Source of the DNA: Planktothrix sp. GU0601_MAG3
Lineage (GTDB): Bacteria; Cyanobacteriota; Cyanobacteriia; Cyanobacteriales; Microcoleaceae
Assembly (NCBI GenBank): GCA_035193785.1
Contig: CP136572.1
Location: 736,001 to 800,000, forward strand
Direction: 5' to 3'
Length of the DNA: 64,000 nt
Shown: piece after piece, positions 34,030 to 44,368 of the stretch
Layout: every line of letters starts with the position of its first letter
How positions within the stretch are numbered: the stretch's first letter is position 1
Translations under genes and position numbers: made by a program
Notes under the pieces: generated by a model
Told to the model about the DNA's origin: nothing
Seen by the model: the letters and a program-made list of their open reading frames with translations, nothing else
Databases searched by the model: none

Positions 34030-35667
34030 TTAGATGGGGCAACATAAGCCGCCGGAACGTTGACTAAAGCGGGAGTTTTCGTTATAGTCTACGGGACAAT
34101 CAATCACGACCGGAACATCTTGATTTAGGGCTTCTTTGAGAATAGGAACTAAATCGGTTGTTGCTTCCACCCGATAGCCTTTTAATCCCATACTTTCGGC
34201 AAATTTAACAAAATCAGGATTACCAAATTTGATAAAACAAGATTCGCCAAATTGGTCGTTTTGTTTCCATTCAATTAATCCATAACCGCCATCATTAAAC
34301 ACTAACGTTACAAAGGGAGTTCCCACTCGTAAGGCGGTTTCCAGTTCCTGATTATTCATCATAAATCCGCCATCTCCTGTCACCGCTACCACCTTGCGAT
34401 CAGGATAAACTAATTTAGCGGCAACTGCACCCGGAATAGCAATTCCCATAGCAGCAAATCCATTAGAAATTAAACAGGTATTTGGCGTTTCACAGTGATA
34501 ATGTCTCGCCATCCACATTTTATGGGCACCAACATCTGAAATCACAATATCTTCTGGGCCCATGACTTGACGCAAATCATAAATAATTTTTTGCGGTTTA
34601 ATTGGGAAAGCATCATCCTTGGCGTAATATTCGTAATTATTACGAATATCTGGTTTTAATTTTAAAGCATAGGGTTCGGGTTTTCCCGTCCGATCTGAAC
34701 GCCTTAAAATCTCTTGCAGAGAGTCAGAAATATCCCCAATAATTTCAGCAATGGGAATATAACTACTATCAACTTCGGCGGGAGTTTCACCAATATGAAC
34801 AATCGGAATTTTGCCTTGGGGATTCCATTTTTTCGGGGAATATTCAATTAAATCATAGCCAATGGCAATGATTAAATCGGATTTATCAAAACCACAACTA
34901 ATATAATCCCGCAGTTGTAATCCCGTTGTCCAGAGGGCTAGGGGATGGGTATAGGGAATCACTCCTTTGCCCATAAAAGTATTAACAACGGGGATATTTA
35001 GTTGGGTAGCAAATTCCGTTAAAGCGGCGCTGGCATTCCCTCGAATTGCACCATTTCCGACTAATATTAAGGGATTATTGGCTTTAGAAATGGCGATCGC
35101 CGCTTCATTCATACTCTGATAAGCCGAATAAACTTTTTCTCGCTTATCTTGTTTTAAAGGATAACCTTCGACCTCCATACTAGCAATATTTTCTGGGAGA
35201 TCAATATGCACCGCCCCGGGTTTTTCAGCTTGAGCTAATTTAAACGCTTTTCTGACAATTTCTGGAGTAATACTAGGGCGAACAATTTGGGCATTCCATT
35301 TAGTAACCGGGGCAAACATTGCCACCAAATCTAAATATTGATGGGATTCAATGTGCATTCTATCGGTTCCCACTTGACCCGTAATTGCAACTAATGGTGC
35401 TCCATCCAAATTCGCATCCGCAACCCCGGTCATTAAATTAGTAGCCCCAGGGCCTAAAGTTGATAAACAAACTCCCGCCCGTCCGGTTAAGCGACCATAA
35501 ACATCGGCCATAAATGCGGCGCCCTGCTCATGGCGAGTGGTAATAAATTTAATTGAGGAGGTTTTTAAACATTCCAGAATTTGCATATTTTCTTCCCCTG
35601 GAACCCCAAAAATATACTCCACCCCTTCATTTTCCAGACATTTAACTAACAGTTCTGCTGTGTTCAT
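34030..35667 (-). CDS. ThDP-dependent acetolactate-synthase-like enzyme, probably 2-oxoglutarate decarboxylase (OGDC)
   Basis: FGVPGEEN, RHEQGAAFMA, GDGGFMMN ThDP motif; directly downstream of SSADH as in the cyanobacterial TCA shunt. Confidence 0.8.
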   Translation of the reverse strand: MNTAELLVKCLENEGVEYIFGVPGEENMQILECLKTSSIKFITTRHEQGAAFMADVYGRLTGRAGVCLSTLGPGATNLMTGVADANLDGAPLVAITGQVGTDRMHIESHQYLDLVAMFAPVTKWNAQIVRPSITPEIVRKAFKLAQAEKPGAVHIDLPENIASMEVEGYPLKQDKREKVYSAYQSMNEAAIAISKANNPLILVGNGAIRGNASAALTEFATQLNIPVVNTFMGKGVIPYTHPLALWTTGLQLRDYISCGFDKSDLIIAIGYDLIEYSPKKWNPQGKIPIVHIGETPAEVDSSYIPIAEIIGDISDSLQEILRRSDRTGKPEPYALKLKPDIRNNYEYYAKDDAFPIKPQKIIYDLRQVMGPEDIVISDVGAHKMWMARHYHCETPNTCLISNGFAAMGIAIPGAVAAKLVYPDRKVVAVTGDGGFMMNNQELETALRVGTPFVTLVFNDGGYGLIEWKQNDQFGESCFIKFGNPDFVKFAESMGLKGYRVEATTDLVPILKEALNQDVPVVIDCPVDYNENSRFSQRSGGLCCPI

Positions 35668-35784
35668 GATTTTTTTATGTGAATTGAATTTGATATTTGT
35701 ACACCCAACCTAGAAACCTGGTTTCTAAACTAAAATCTTGATTCTATCCCCTAAACTTTGGTCAGAAACCCGGTTTCTTTTTTG

Positions 35785-37150
35785 CTATTTAATCCAAACG
35801 GTTTTAATATTCACAAATTCGTGAATTCCTTGGCTGCTCAATTCCCGTCCATAACCGGAACGTTTGATCCCTCCAAAGGGTAAGCGAGGATCGGATTTAA
35901 CTAAACCATTAATAAACACCGCACCCGCCTCTAATTCTCGAATAAAACGCTCCTGTTCGGCTGAATTGGTTGTCCAAGCACTTGCACCCAAACCGAAAAT
36001 TGTGCTATTAGCAAGGGTAATGGCTTCATCTAAGGAATTAACCCGGAAGATTAACGCTACTGGCCCAAAGAATTCTTCACTGTAAGCGGGTGTTCCTTCA
36101 GGAATTTGGGTTAAAATTGTGGGGGGATAGAAATTTCCTGGGCGTTCCAGGGGTTTACCTCCAGTTAATACCTGAGCTCCAGCTTCAACGCAGACTTGAA
36201 CCTGTTGGTGCAGTTCTGTTAAAATACCTGGGGTTGCTAGGGGCCCAACTTCGGTATCGGGTAACATCGGATCACCGATTTTTAAAGCGGCGAATTTTTC
36301 CGCTAGACGACTTTCAAATTCATCGGCAATACTCGACATTAAAATAAACCGTTTTGCCGCAATACAAGATTGTCCATTGTTTAACATTCGGGCGGTAACG
36401 GCGGCTTCTACGGCGGCATTTAGATCCGCAGTTTCTAACACAATAAACGGATCACTTCCGCCTAATTCCAGAACGGTTTTTTTAATGTTTTGACCAGCTA
36501 AGGATGCCAAACTAGCTCCGGCGGGTTTCACTTCCGGTTAAAGTTCCGGCTTTGACCCGATCATCGGTAATAATTTGAGCCACTTTATCAGACCCGACTA
36601 ATAGGGTTTGAAATACGCCTTCAGGAAATCCGGCTTTTTGGAAAATTTCCCCAATGGCTAAGGCGCATTCAGGCACGTTAGAAGCGTGTTTGAGTAAACC
36701 AACATTGCCCGCCATTAATGCGGGTGCAGCGAAGCGGAAGACCTGCCAGAAGGGAAAATTCCAAGGCATCACCGCTAAAATTGCCCCCAAAGGTTGATAG
36801 GCAATAAAGCTATTGCTGGCGTCACTTTTGGCGGGAACATCGGCGAGAAATTGAGCCGCATTTTCCGCATAAAAACGACAAACGGAGGCACTTTTTTTGG
36901 CTTCTGCGATCGCTGAGGTAATGGGTTTTCCCATTTCCAAGGTCATTATTTTAGCGTAGGTTTCGGCGTTTTCTTCTAACAGGTTAGCCGCCTTTAACAT
37001 CCATTGCGATCGCTGTTCAAAGGAGACTCGCCGATAGTCCCTAAAAGCGCGATCTGCTAGAGCTAAAGCGTCTTCGATTTCGGCATCTGTTAGGGGAGTA
37101 AAAATTCTTAGTTGTTCCCCCGTGGCCGGGTTAATTGTAGCAATGCCCAT
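35785..37150 (-). CDS. gabD: NADP-dependent succinate-semialdehyde dehydrogenase (1 apparent frameshift at 36525-36529)
   Basis: MPWNFPFWQ, LKHASNVP, TGSE, LELGGSDP, GQSCIAAKR, EEFFGPV and PFGGIKRSGYGRE motifs. Confidence 0.9.
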
Positions 37151-37302
37151 AATTGATTGTTTAGTTTTAATTTAGAATTAAAGTCTTACCTTTTTTTATC
37201 GTAACCCTTAAAAACTCCCGATTTTTACTTCTGGGATAACGGGTTAATAACTTGACATAAAACTGTACAATAGTATAAACAAATTCAAGATTCTTAACAA
37301 TT

Positions 37303-38520
37303 ATGAATTTCCTAGAAAGTGTCAAAATGGCAACTACAACGCTATTAGCCAATAAAATGCGAAGTAGTTTAACCATGTTAGGAATTATTATTGGCAATGC
37401 CTCTGTGATTGCGATGATTGGAATTGGCGAAGGCGCTCAGAAATTTGTCAATGGTCAAGTCAATTCCCTGGGGCCAAATATTTTATTTGTATTGCCAGGA
37501 AGCCCCGAATCCCAACGCCGTCCAGTATTTCCACCGCAAAATTTGGTCTTAGAAGATGCAATTGCGATCGCCGAACAAGTCCCTTCTGTTCAACAGGTTG
37601 CTCCGTCTTTAAATGGTAGTGAATTAATTACCTATCGCAGTAATAATGCTTCAGCTTCTATAGTTGGAACCACACCGGAATTTTTATCAGTGCGAAATTT
37701 TGATGTTGCTAAAGGTCGATTTATTACGGATTTAGACTTAAAACGGAATGAACAAGTTGTGGCGTTAGGGTCAGAATTAGCTCAACAATTATTTGGAACT
37801 GAAGATCCCATTGGTAAATCGATTCGACTGCGAAATTTGAGTTTACAAGTTATTGGGGTAATGCAGCCTAAAGGCTCCAGTTTTGGCAGTAATGACGATA
37901 TGAATGCCTTTGTTCCTTTAACTACAATGGCGAATCGAATTGTAGGAAATCGCTCACCCTACGGAACTCAAGTTACGTTTATTTCTATTAGTATTGATAG
38001 TCAAGATAATATGAGGGCGGCCCAATTTCAAGTGGAAAATTTATTGCGGTTACGTCATAAAATTACCAATGAAGATGACTTTACGGTGCGAAACCAAAAG
38101 GATTTGATGAATATTTTGGGTAGTATTACCGGAGCTTTAACCCTTTTATTAGCATCAACTGCCGCTATTTCTCTATTAGTGGGCGGTATTGGAATTATGA
38201 ATATTATGCTGGTTTCTGTCAGTGAAAGAACGCAAGAAATTGGGCTCAGAAAAGCGATCGGAGCGACCCAATCAGATATTTTAATTCAGTTTATAATTGA
38301 ATCTGTAATCCTATCCGCCGCTGGGGGTTTTATTGGGACATTGGTTGGCGTGGGTGGCGTTTTAGTTGTCGGTGCTTTGACTCCTTTACAAGCCGGAGTT
38401 TCCAGCGTCGCCATTGTAACAGCCGTTAGCATTTCTGGGGCGATTGGATTATTTTTTGGGGTTGTTCCTGCTAAACAAGCTGCTAAACTTGACCCAATTG
38501 TGGCTTTAAGAAGTATTTAA
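37303..38520 (+). CDS. ABC transporter permease, MacB/FtsX family
   Basis: RSSLTMLGIIIG, GGIGIMNIMLVSVSERTQEIGLRKAIGA, LDPIVALR. Confidence 0.92.
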   Translation: MNFLESVKMATTTLLANKMRSSLTMLGIIIGNASVIAMIGIGEGAQKFVNGQVNSLGPNILFVLPGSPESQRRPVFPPQNLVLEDAIAIAEQVPSVQQVAPSLNGSELITYRSNNASASIVGTTPEFLSVRNFDVAKGRFITDLDLKRNEQVVALGSELAQQLFGTEDPIGKSIRLRNLSLQVIGVMQPKGSSFGSNDDMNAFVPLTTMANRIVGNRSPYGTQVTFISISIDSQDNMRAAQFQVENLLRLRHKITNEDDFTVRNQKDLMNILGSITGALTLLLASTAAISLLVGGIGIMNIMLVSVSERTQEIGLRKAIGATQSDILIQFIIESVILSAAGGFIGTLVGVGGVLVVGALTPLQAGVSSVAIVTAVSISGAIGLFFGVVPAKQAAKLDPIVALRSI

Positions 38521-38598
38521 TTGGTTTAGTTTTGATTATAGAATTGCTATATCTCTATTCCCTATTCCCTATTCCCTATTCCCTATCCTGTCAAAATT

Positions 38599-39357
38599 AT
38601 GAAAACATCAATTTCTAATAAAACAGAAAATCAAGATTCTCAAACCAATCCGGTTATTATTCATTTAGAAAATGTCACTAAAGTTTATGGGATGGGTGAT
38701 ATTCAAGTTCAGGCTTTAAAAGGGGTAACATTAACGGTAGAACAAGGGGAATATTGTTCGATTATGGGAGCATCGGGTTCGGGAAAATCAACGGCGATGA
38801 ATATTATCGGTTGTTTGGATCGTCCCTCCACAGGTTCCTATTATTTGGATGGGGTAAATGTGGCGCAAATGTCGGAAAATAATTTAGCCAGAATTCGCAA
38901 TATTAAGTTAGGTTTTGTCTTCCAACAATTCCACCTTTTACCCCAATTAAGTGCTTTAGAAAATGTGGTTTTACCGATGATGTATGCCGGAATTCCCTCG
39001 GCTGAACGTCGAGAAAGAGCAAAGCAAGCCTTAATTCGAGTCGGGTTAGAAAATCGATTAAATAATAAACCGAATCAACTTTCTGGAGGTCAACAACAAC
39101 GGGTAGCGATCGCCCGTGCTATTGTTAATCATCCGGTATTATTATTAGCAGATGAACCGACGGGGGCACTAGATTCTCAAACAACTCAAGAAGTTATGGA
39201 TATTTTTACTGAATTAAATGCGGGTGGAATGACGGTGGTAATGGTAACTCATGAATCTGAAGTAGCGCGTCAAACTCGTCGCATTGTTTGGTTTAAAGAT
39301 GGTGAAGTTATTCATTCCCATCTGACTCCCAAGGATTTACACAGTGCTATTTTTTAA
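38599..39357 (+). CDS. ABC transporter ATP-binding protein, MacB/LolD type
   Basis: GASGSGKST, LSGGQQQRVAIARA, LADEPTGALD. Confidence 0.93.
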   Translation: MKTSISNKTENQDSQTNPVIIHLENVTKVYGMGDIQVQALKGVTLTVEQGEYCSIMGASGSGKSTAMNIIGCLDRPSTGSYYLDGVNVAQMSENNLARIRNIKLGFVFQQFHLLPQLSALENVVLPMMYAGIPSAERRERAKQALIRVGLENRLNNKPNQLSGGQQQRVAIARAIVNHPVLLLADEPTGALDSQTTQEVMDIFTELNAGGMTVVMVTHESEVARQTRRIVWFKDGEVIHSHLTPKDLHSAIF

Positions 39358-39407
39358 TTCCAATTAGTTGTTGGGCTTTAGCCTATCTTCTCAAGGTTTA
39401 AAACCTC

Positions 39408-39498
39408 ATAAGTAGTTGCACAAAGGGAACAGGGAACAGGGAATAGAGAACACCGGATCTGGGTAGAGGATTTGTAATTAATTTTGTTTAGGTACTTA
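39408..39498. mobile_element. MITE-like element (family of 4786-4918) flanked by REP-like GGGCTAAAGCCCAACAA inverted repeats
   Basis: TAAGTAGTTGCACAAA ... TTTGTTTAGGTACTTA imperfect TIRs; flanking TTGTTGGGCTTTAGCC (39368) and GGCTAAAGCCCAACAA (39537). Confidence 0.5.
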
Positions 39499-39597
39499 AC
39501 AGGGTAATGTTTTGGGATTATACCCTATTAAGAATGGGCTAAAGCCCAACAAATAAGAGGGCTAAAGCACAACAACGGGGACTTTTTTAAGATTTGT

Positions 39598-40635
39598 TTA
39601 TGCTGCTTTCTTGTTTTTATTTAACAAAAGGAATCCTAAACCTATTCCTGTTAAGGCAAATATTGTACTAGGTTCGGGAGTAGACTTAAATTCTTTTTCA
39701 ATAGTTGCATAAGCAGCATCAGCTATTAATTTGTGACCCTTGGTTGTCGGGTGTAAATTATCCCAGAATAAATATTCATCGGGATTATTACAGAGAAATA
39801 CTGAAACTGATGTTGCTGAAAAACACTCATTCTCAACATTTGTAAGCCCATATTGATCAGGTTTATTGATCACATCTTTAAACAATTTATTAACATCAAA
39901 TAAGGCAATTTTAGAATTAAATAAGGATTGATTTAAGTCTGTAATTTTCTGGTTTAGTAAAGTGTTATGAGCTTGAACTGTTTCTTGTAAATCCCCCGGT
40001 GGAACTAATACACCACTACTTCCTAAAGGAGTTTGACTTAAATCCGGTAAGTTGCCAATTAAGAAATTTCTAGCACCTATACTATATAAATTGTCGATAG
40101 CCCAAGATAAATTATCAATAACTTTTCCAGTATCTTTACTCCCTCCATAGGTATAATCATTGCCCCCCGCCCAAAGCACATACAAAGAATTCGGGTCAGC
40201 AGTTTGACCTGCTTTTAATAAAGGTTGAATCAAAGCACCCACTTGAGTCTGGACACCAGGTAATCCAGCAAGTTTATCGTTAAAAAGATAGGCAATATTA
40301 TCTGCCCCCGAAGTTGCCCCCCCAAAAGCATAATTAACACCCTTGGCTGAGGGTATTCCATTGGTGTCCATGTAGGGAATAGGATTGAGTCCTAAATCAT
40401 TGGCTAAATAGTCTGTCCAAATGGGGCCATTAGAAAAGCGCCCTTGGTCATAGGGTGCTGGGGGAAATAAGCCACCGGACGCTTTAAAAACATTCCCAGG
40501 ATCACTCAGACTATCCCCGAAAATATTAATACTGGTAAATTTGGCGGCTTGTGCCGCATTTATCCCCGTAATTGTAAATGCAATTGTGCCAACGGAAACG
40601 GCGAGTAAACGACCCGTAGTATAAATATTGATCAT
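39598..40635 (-). CDS. SGNH/GDSL hydrolase with signal peptide and PEP-CTERM anchor
   Basis: FGDSLSD, GRFSNG, GGND, FWDNLHPT; C-terminal TPEPST + TM + KNKK. Confidence 0.9.
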   Translation of the reverse strand: MINIYTTGRLLAVSVGTIAFTITGINAAQAAKFTSINIFGDSLSDPGNVFKASGGLFPPAPYDQGRFSNGPIWTDYLANDLGLNPIPYMDTNGIPSAKGVNYAFGGATSGADNIAYLFNDKLAGLPGVQTQVGALIQPLLKAGQTADPNSLYVLWAGGNDYTYGGSKDTGKVIDNLSWAIDNLYSIGARNFLIGNLPDLSQTPLGSSGVLVPPGDLQETVQAHNTLLNQKITDLNQSLFNSKIALFDVNKLFKDVINKPDQYGLTNVENECFSATSVSVFLCNNPDEYLFWDNLHPTTKGHKLIADAAYATIEKEFKSTPEPSTIFALTGIGLGFLLLNKNKKAA

Positions 40636-40813
40636 AATGTACACCTTGATGGCTGAAATTGGCTTTGTCAGAGTCCAATTTAGCATTTTGTTCTGTGGTT
40701 TGTCCGTAGAATTACGGGGATATTGTAAAGTTTGGGGAGAGTTATTGTAAAACTTCCGTAAATATACGGGGGATTGACCGTTAATAGTTAACCCTACCCC
40801 TACGGTGATGCTC

Positions 40814-42346
40814 TTAGTTTTTCCGGGTATAGCGATGTTTTACTCCCAGGGGAAAATATTCGGGATCTCCGGTTAATTTGAGGGTGATTTGAGGGGTTTG
40901 ATATTCCGGGGGAACATAATTGGCAAATTCGCTATTTAAGCGCTTTAATTGGGTTAAAACAGAAGCGGTAATTACCTCTTTTTTATTCTCCGTTTCTTCA
41001 ATTCCAGGTGCTAATTCCACCACCACCGATAACCACCGATTTTGATCAGAATCCTCGAAAATAGACATAACAAATTTACCCGTCACCCAATCTTTAATTA
41101 AGGGCTGTTCTAAACCTACGGTAATATTTTCAGGATAAATATTAGCTCCAAAATAGGAAATAATAAATTGCGATCGCCCAAATACAAAAACAAAAGGTAA
41201 TTGATAAATTCCCCGATCGCCTATTTTTTGTAATTCCAAAATCGGATCAAAATCCCATTGCTTCAAAAAGTCTAACATTTCCTCAAATTCAATAATTCCT
41301 CCTTGATCAGCAATATGATATCGAATTAGAGGAATCCCATTATCTCCCGAAAATAATAGAGTTCCAGTAATAGAATCATCTGTTTTTTGAACTTCAAAAA
41401 AACGACTCTTAGGATCATATTGAACTAAAGTAGGAAGTCGAGATTCCCCAAATAATTGTTTGGCAATATTTGGATGTTCAGCCAAAAACCGCCGAATACA
41501 AATACTCAAAGGAGTTTCATTCCCTAAAACCCCCGCATCTGCCGTACCATAAAGGCTGGCTGAATCATAATTTGGTTGAGTTGATCCCACCCTTTCCCCA
41601 ACTAAATGCCGCCATTCTTCGCTAAAAACTTCCCCAGCAAATACTAATTTAACTTGATATTTTGCCCATTCTATGCCTTCAGAAATTCCGGTATCAATGA
41701 CATCTTTAATAAACGGAGGATAGCCCAATAAAACCACCTGATCAAACTGTTCCCCCAATTCCCGAATTACGCGAAAAATTTCCGGTTTTTGATTGCCCGG
41801 GGTAATCACCGTAAGTGGATAACCTTTGGTGGCTAAATGACGACAACAGGCCGTTGTATAGATGCCTCCAACCCAAGTTCCCAGGGTAAAACAAATCACC
41901 GCTAAAGTTCGACGTTGATCCGCTTGAAAGCTATCATAAAAAATCTGTTCAAAGCGGGTGGCAATTTGCAATTCATCACTAATAAAACGGGGCCAAAATG
42001 TTGGATTTCCGGTGGAACCGGAGGAAACCGCAATCAAATCACAGGTTTCTAATTGACCCTGACGACACAATTGGGATAGGGAATATTGGCGGAGGTAATT
42101 TTCCTTTGTAATTAAAGGCAAGGTTTGGAAATCTTCCCAAGTTTGAATCTCATTAATAGACCGATGATGGGCGGCTAAAAATTGTTGATAGGCGGGAACT
42201 TTTGTGACAACATTTTGGAATAATTGTAAAATAGAATTCACCCCTCTATCTTCAGATGGTTGAATTAAATCCGATAGGGGTGTGGATAAAAAGCGGTTTA
42301 GGGCGGAAATTGCCCGTTGGCGTTGTTCGTCTCGGAGTTGACCCAT
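40814..42346 (-). CDS. Phenylacetate-CoA ligase family (AMP-binding) protein
   Basis: SSGSTGNPTFW P-loop, YGTAD, PLIRYHIAD, FGRS. Confidence 0.82.
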   Translation of the reverse strand: MGQLRDEQRQRAISALNRFLSTPLSDLIQPSEDRGVNSILQLFQNVVTKVPAYQQFLAAHHRSINEIQTWEDFQTLPLITKENYLRQYSLSQLCRQGQLETCDLIAVSSGSTGNPTFWPRFISDELQIATRFEQIFYDSFQADQRRTLAVICFTLGTWVGGIYTTACCRHLATKGYPLTVITPGNQKPEIFRVIRELGEQFDQVVLLGYPPFIKDVIDTGISEGIEWAKYQVKLVFAGEVFSEEWRHLVGERVGSTQPNYDSASLYGTADAGVLGNETPLSICIRRFLAEHPNIAKQLFGESRLPTLVQYDPKSRFFEVQKTDDSITGTLLFSGDNGIPLIRYHIADQGGIIEFEEMLDFLKQWDFDPILELQKIGDRGIYQLPFVFVFGRSQFIISYFGANIYPENITVGLEQPLIKDWVTGKFVMSIFEDSDQNRWLSVVVELAPGIEETENKKEVITASVLTQLKRLNSEFANYVPPEYQTPQITLKLTGDPEYFPLGVKHRYTRKN

Positions 42347-42426
42347 GCTACAGTCCTGATAAATTGCTGCTCTAAATTAAGATAGATCGGAACCGTTCAG
42401 CATTCATTTTTTCACCTTAACACCCC

Positions 42427-44237
42427 ATGAGTCAATTAATTTATCCGGGTCTTGTTTCTGAGAAACCATTACGCCATTGTCCGTGAGTTAGGACATGGGG
42501 GTTTTGGGCGGACTTATTTAGCCAAAGACCAACATCGGTTTGATGAACTTTGCGTTTTAAAAGAATTTTCTCCCCAGGTGCAAGGAAGTTTTGCTTTAAA
42601 AAAATCCCAGGAATTATTTGAACGGGAAGCGGAGATTCTTTATAAATTAAAACATCCCCAAATTCCGCAATTTCGAGAATTATTTCGAGAAACAATTAAT
42701 AATAAAGGGTATTTATTTTTTGTCCAAGATTATGTTGAGGGGTTGAACTATCGGAGTTTAATAAATCAGCACGCTTTTACAGAAGCCGAAGTGCTGGAAT
42801 TATTATTTAAAATTTTACCCGTATTAGACTATATTCATGGTTATGGGGTAATTCATCGAGATATTTCTCCTGATAATATGATTCAGCGTCAATCCGATGG
42901 TTTACCCATGTTAATTGATTTCGGTGGCGTTAAATTAATTCAAGCGAAAGTAGAATCAGAATTAGCAGCCCAGGGGGGGCAAAATCCCACCCCCACAAGG
43001 TTAGGAAAAGTGGGGTATGCCCCGGATGAACAAATGCGTTTGGGTATGGTTTATCCTAATAGTGATTTGTATGCTTTAGCTGCGACTATGTTGGTTTTAT
43101 TAACCCAAAAAGAACCCCAACAATTAATTGATCCACAAACCTTAACTTGGAATTGGAGAAAATACATCCAATTAAATCCTAAATTTGGGGAAATTTTAGA
43201 TAAAATGTTAGCCTATCGTCATAGCGATCGCTTTTCATCGGTTCAGGATGTTCTAGTCGCTCTTTCCGCCATAAATCCCCCTCTGAAAAATTCTATAAAC
43301 CCCACTCAACCCATCCCGAATCAGAGCTTATTTCCCCAATCTTTTCCTACTCAAATCGGAAAATCATCTCCTATTAAAACGCCTTTATTGCTATTTATTT
43401 TTATCTTGAGTTTGGGGGTTTTGGGATGGTTCGGAGGACGCTATGGGTTGAATTATTATGCAAACAATGACTTAAATCAATTATCCAAATCCGAAGAAAA
43501 ACGACAAGAAGCATTGCGAGAACAACGGCGTTTATTAGGAATTGATTTTAACTTTTTTGTGGATTTAGTGAATGAAGAATTTTATACTCGCTATCCCGAA
43601 CAACGGGGAAGAATCTTAACGGATACACCCTCGGATGCAATTTGGCGAAAAAAATGGGATCACATTGCAGATAAATTTTTGCAACGTTTAGCAAAACTCA
43701 GTGATCAATCTCGGTTAAAATTAGGAACATATAATAACGATCTAGATCACTTAAAAGCCAAAGTGAATCAGTTACCGTTAAGTCGTCAATCGTTATATGA
43801 TTTAGCAGATGCTAAATTTTTCTATTTATTTCCAGAACAATCGAGAAATGCTGATTTATTAGGGTTCCCTATGGGACAAGTTTGGCAAGCTGTCACCGAT
43901 GATGTGGTTAAAAATTTAGAAGCGGGAAACGGCCTGGGAACGGGTGGAGTTTGCTTCTAAAAAAACTCAAAAAACCCTAAAAGATCGGCTCCAGCCTGGA
44001 GAGGGAAAAATCTATGCTGCTCGCTTTAATAAAAATCAAGTTTTACAGGTGCGTCTCAAATCTCCAGAATCCTCAACTTTACTTTCAATTTATACACAAA
44101 AAGCTCAATCCTTACTAGAAGATTCCCCTAAAAACCGTTGGTCAGGTCGTTTACCCGATGCTGGTGATTATCAAGTGGTTGTGGTGTCTGAATCTTCCCA
44201 ACCGTTTGATTATGAGTTAACCCTAGAAACTCGTTAA
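42427..44237 (+). CDS. Membrane Ser/Thr protein kinase with C-terminal extracytoplasmic domains (2 apparent frameshifts)
   Basis: LGHGGFGRTY, HRDISPDN, DFG, one TM helix; breaks at GTTTC 42454-42458 and GAAAC 43926-43930; C-terminal WSGRLPDAGDYQVVV. Confidence 0.85.
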
Positions 44238-44368
44238 GGGGTTTTCTATTCTAACTAAGAGTATTCAAACGAACTGAAAATTTATCCAGCATCTGCCAAG
44301 ATCAAATACTCATAATTGTCGAGGTTTAGATTTTAACCCGTGCCGGACTCTCAAGGATATTAAATTTT

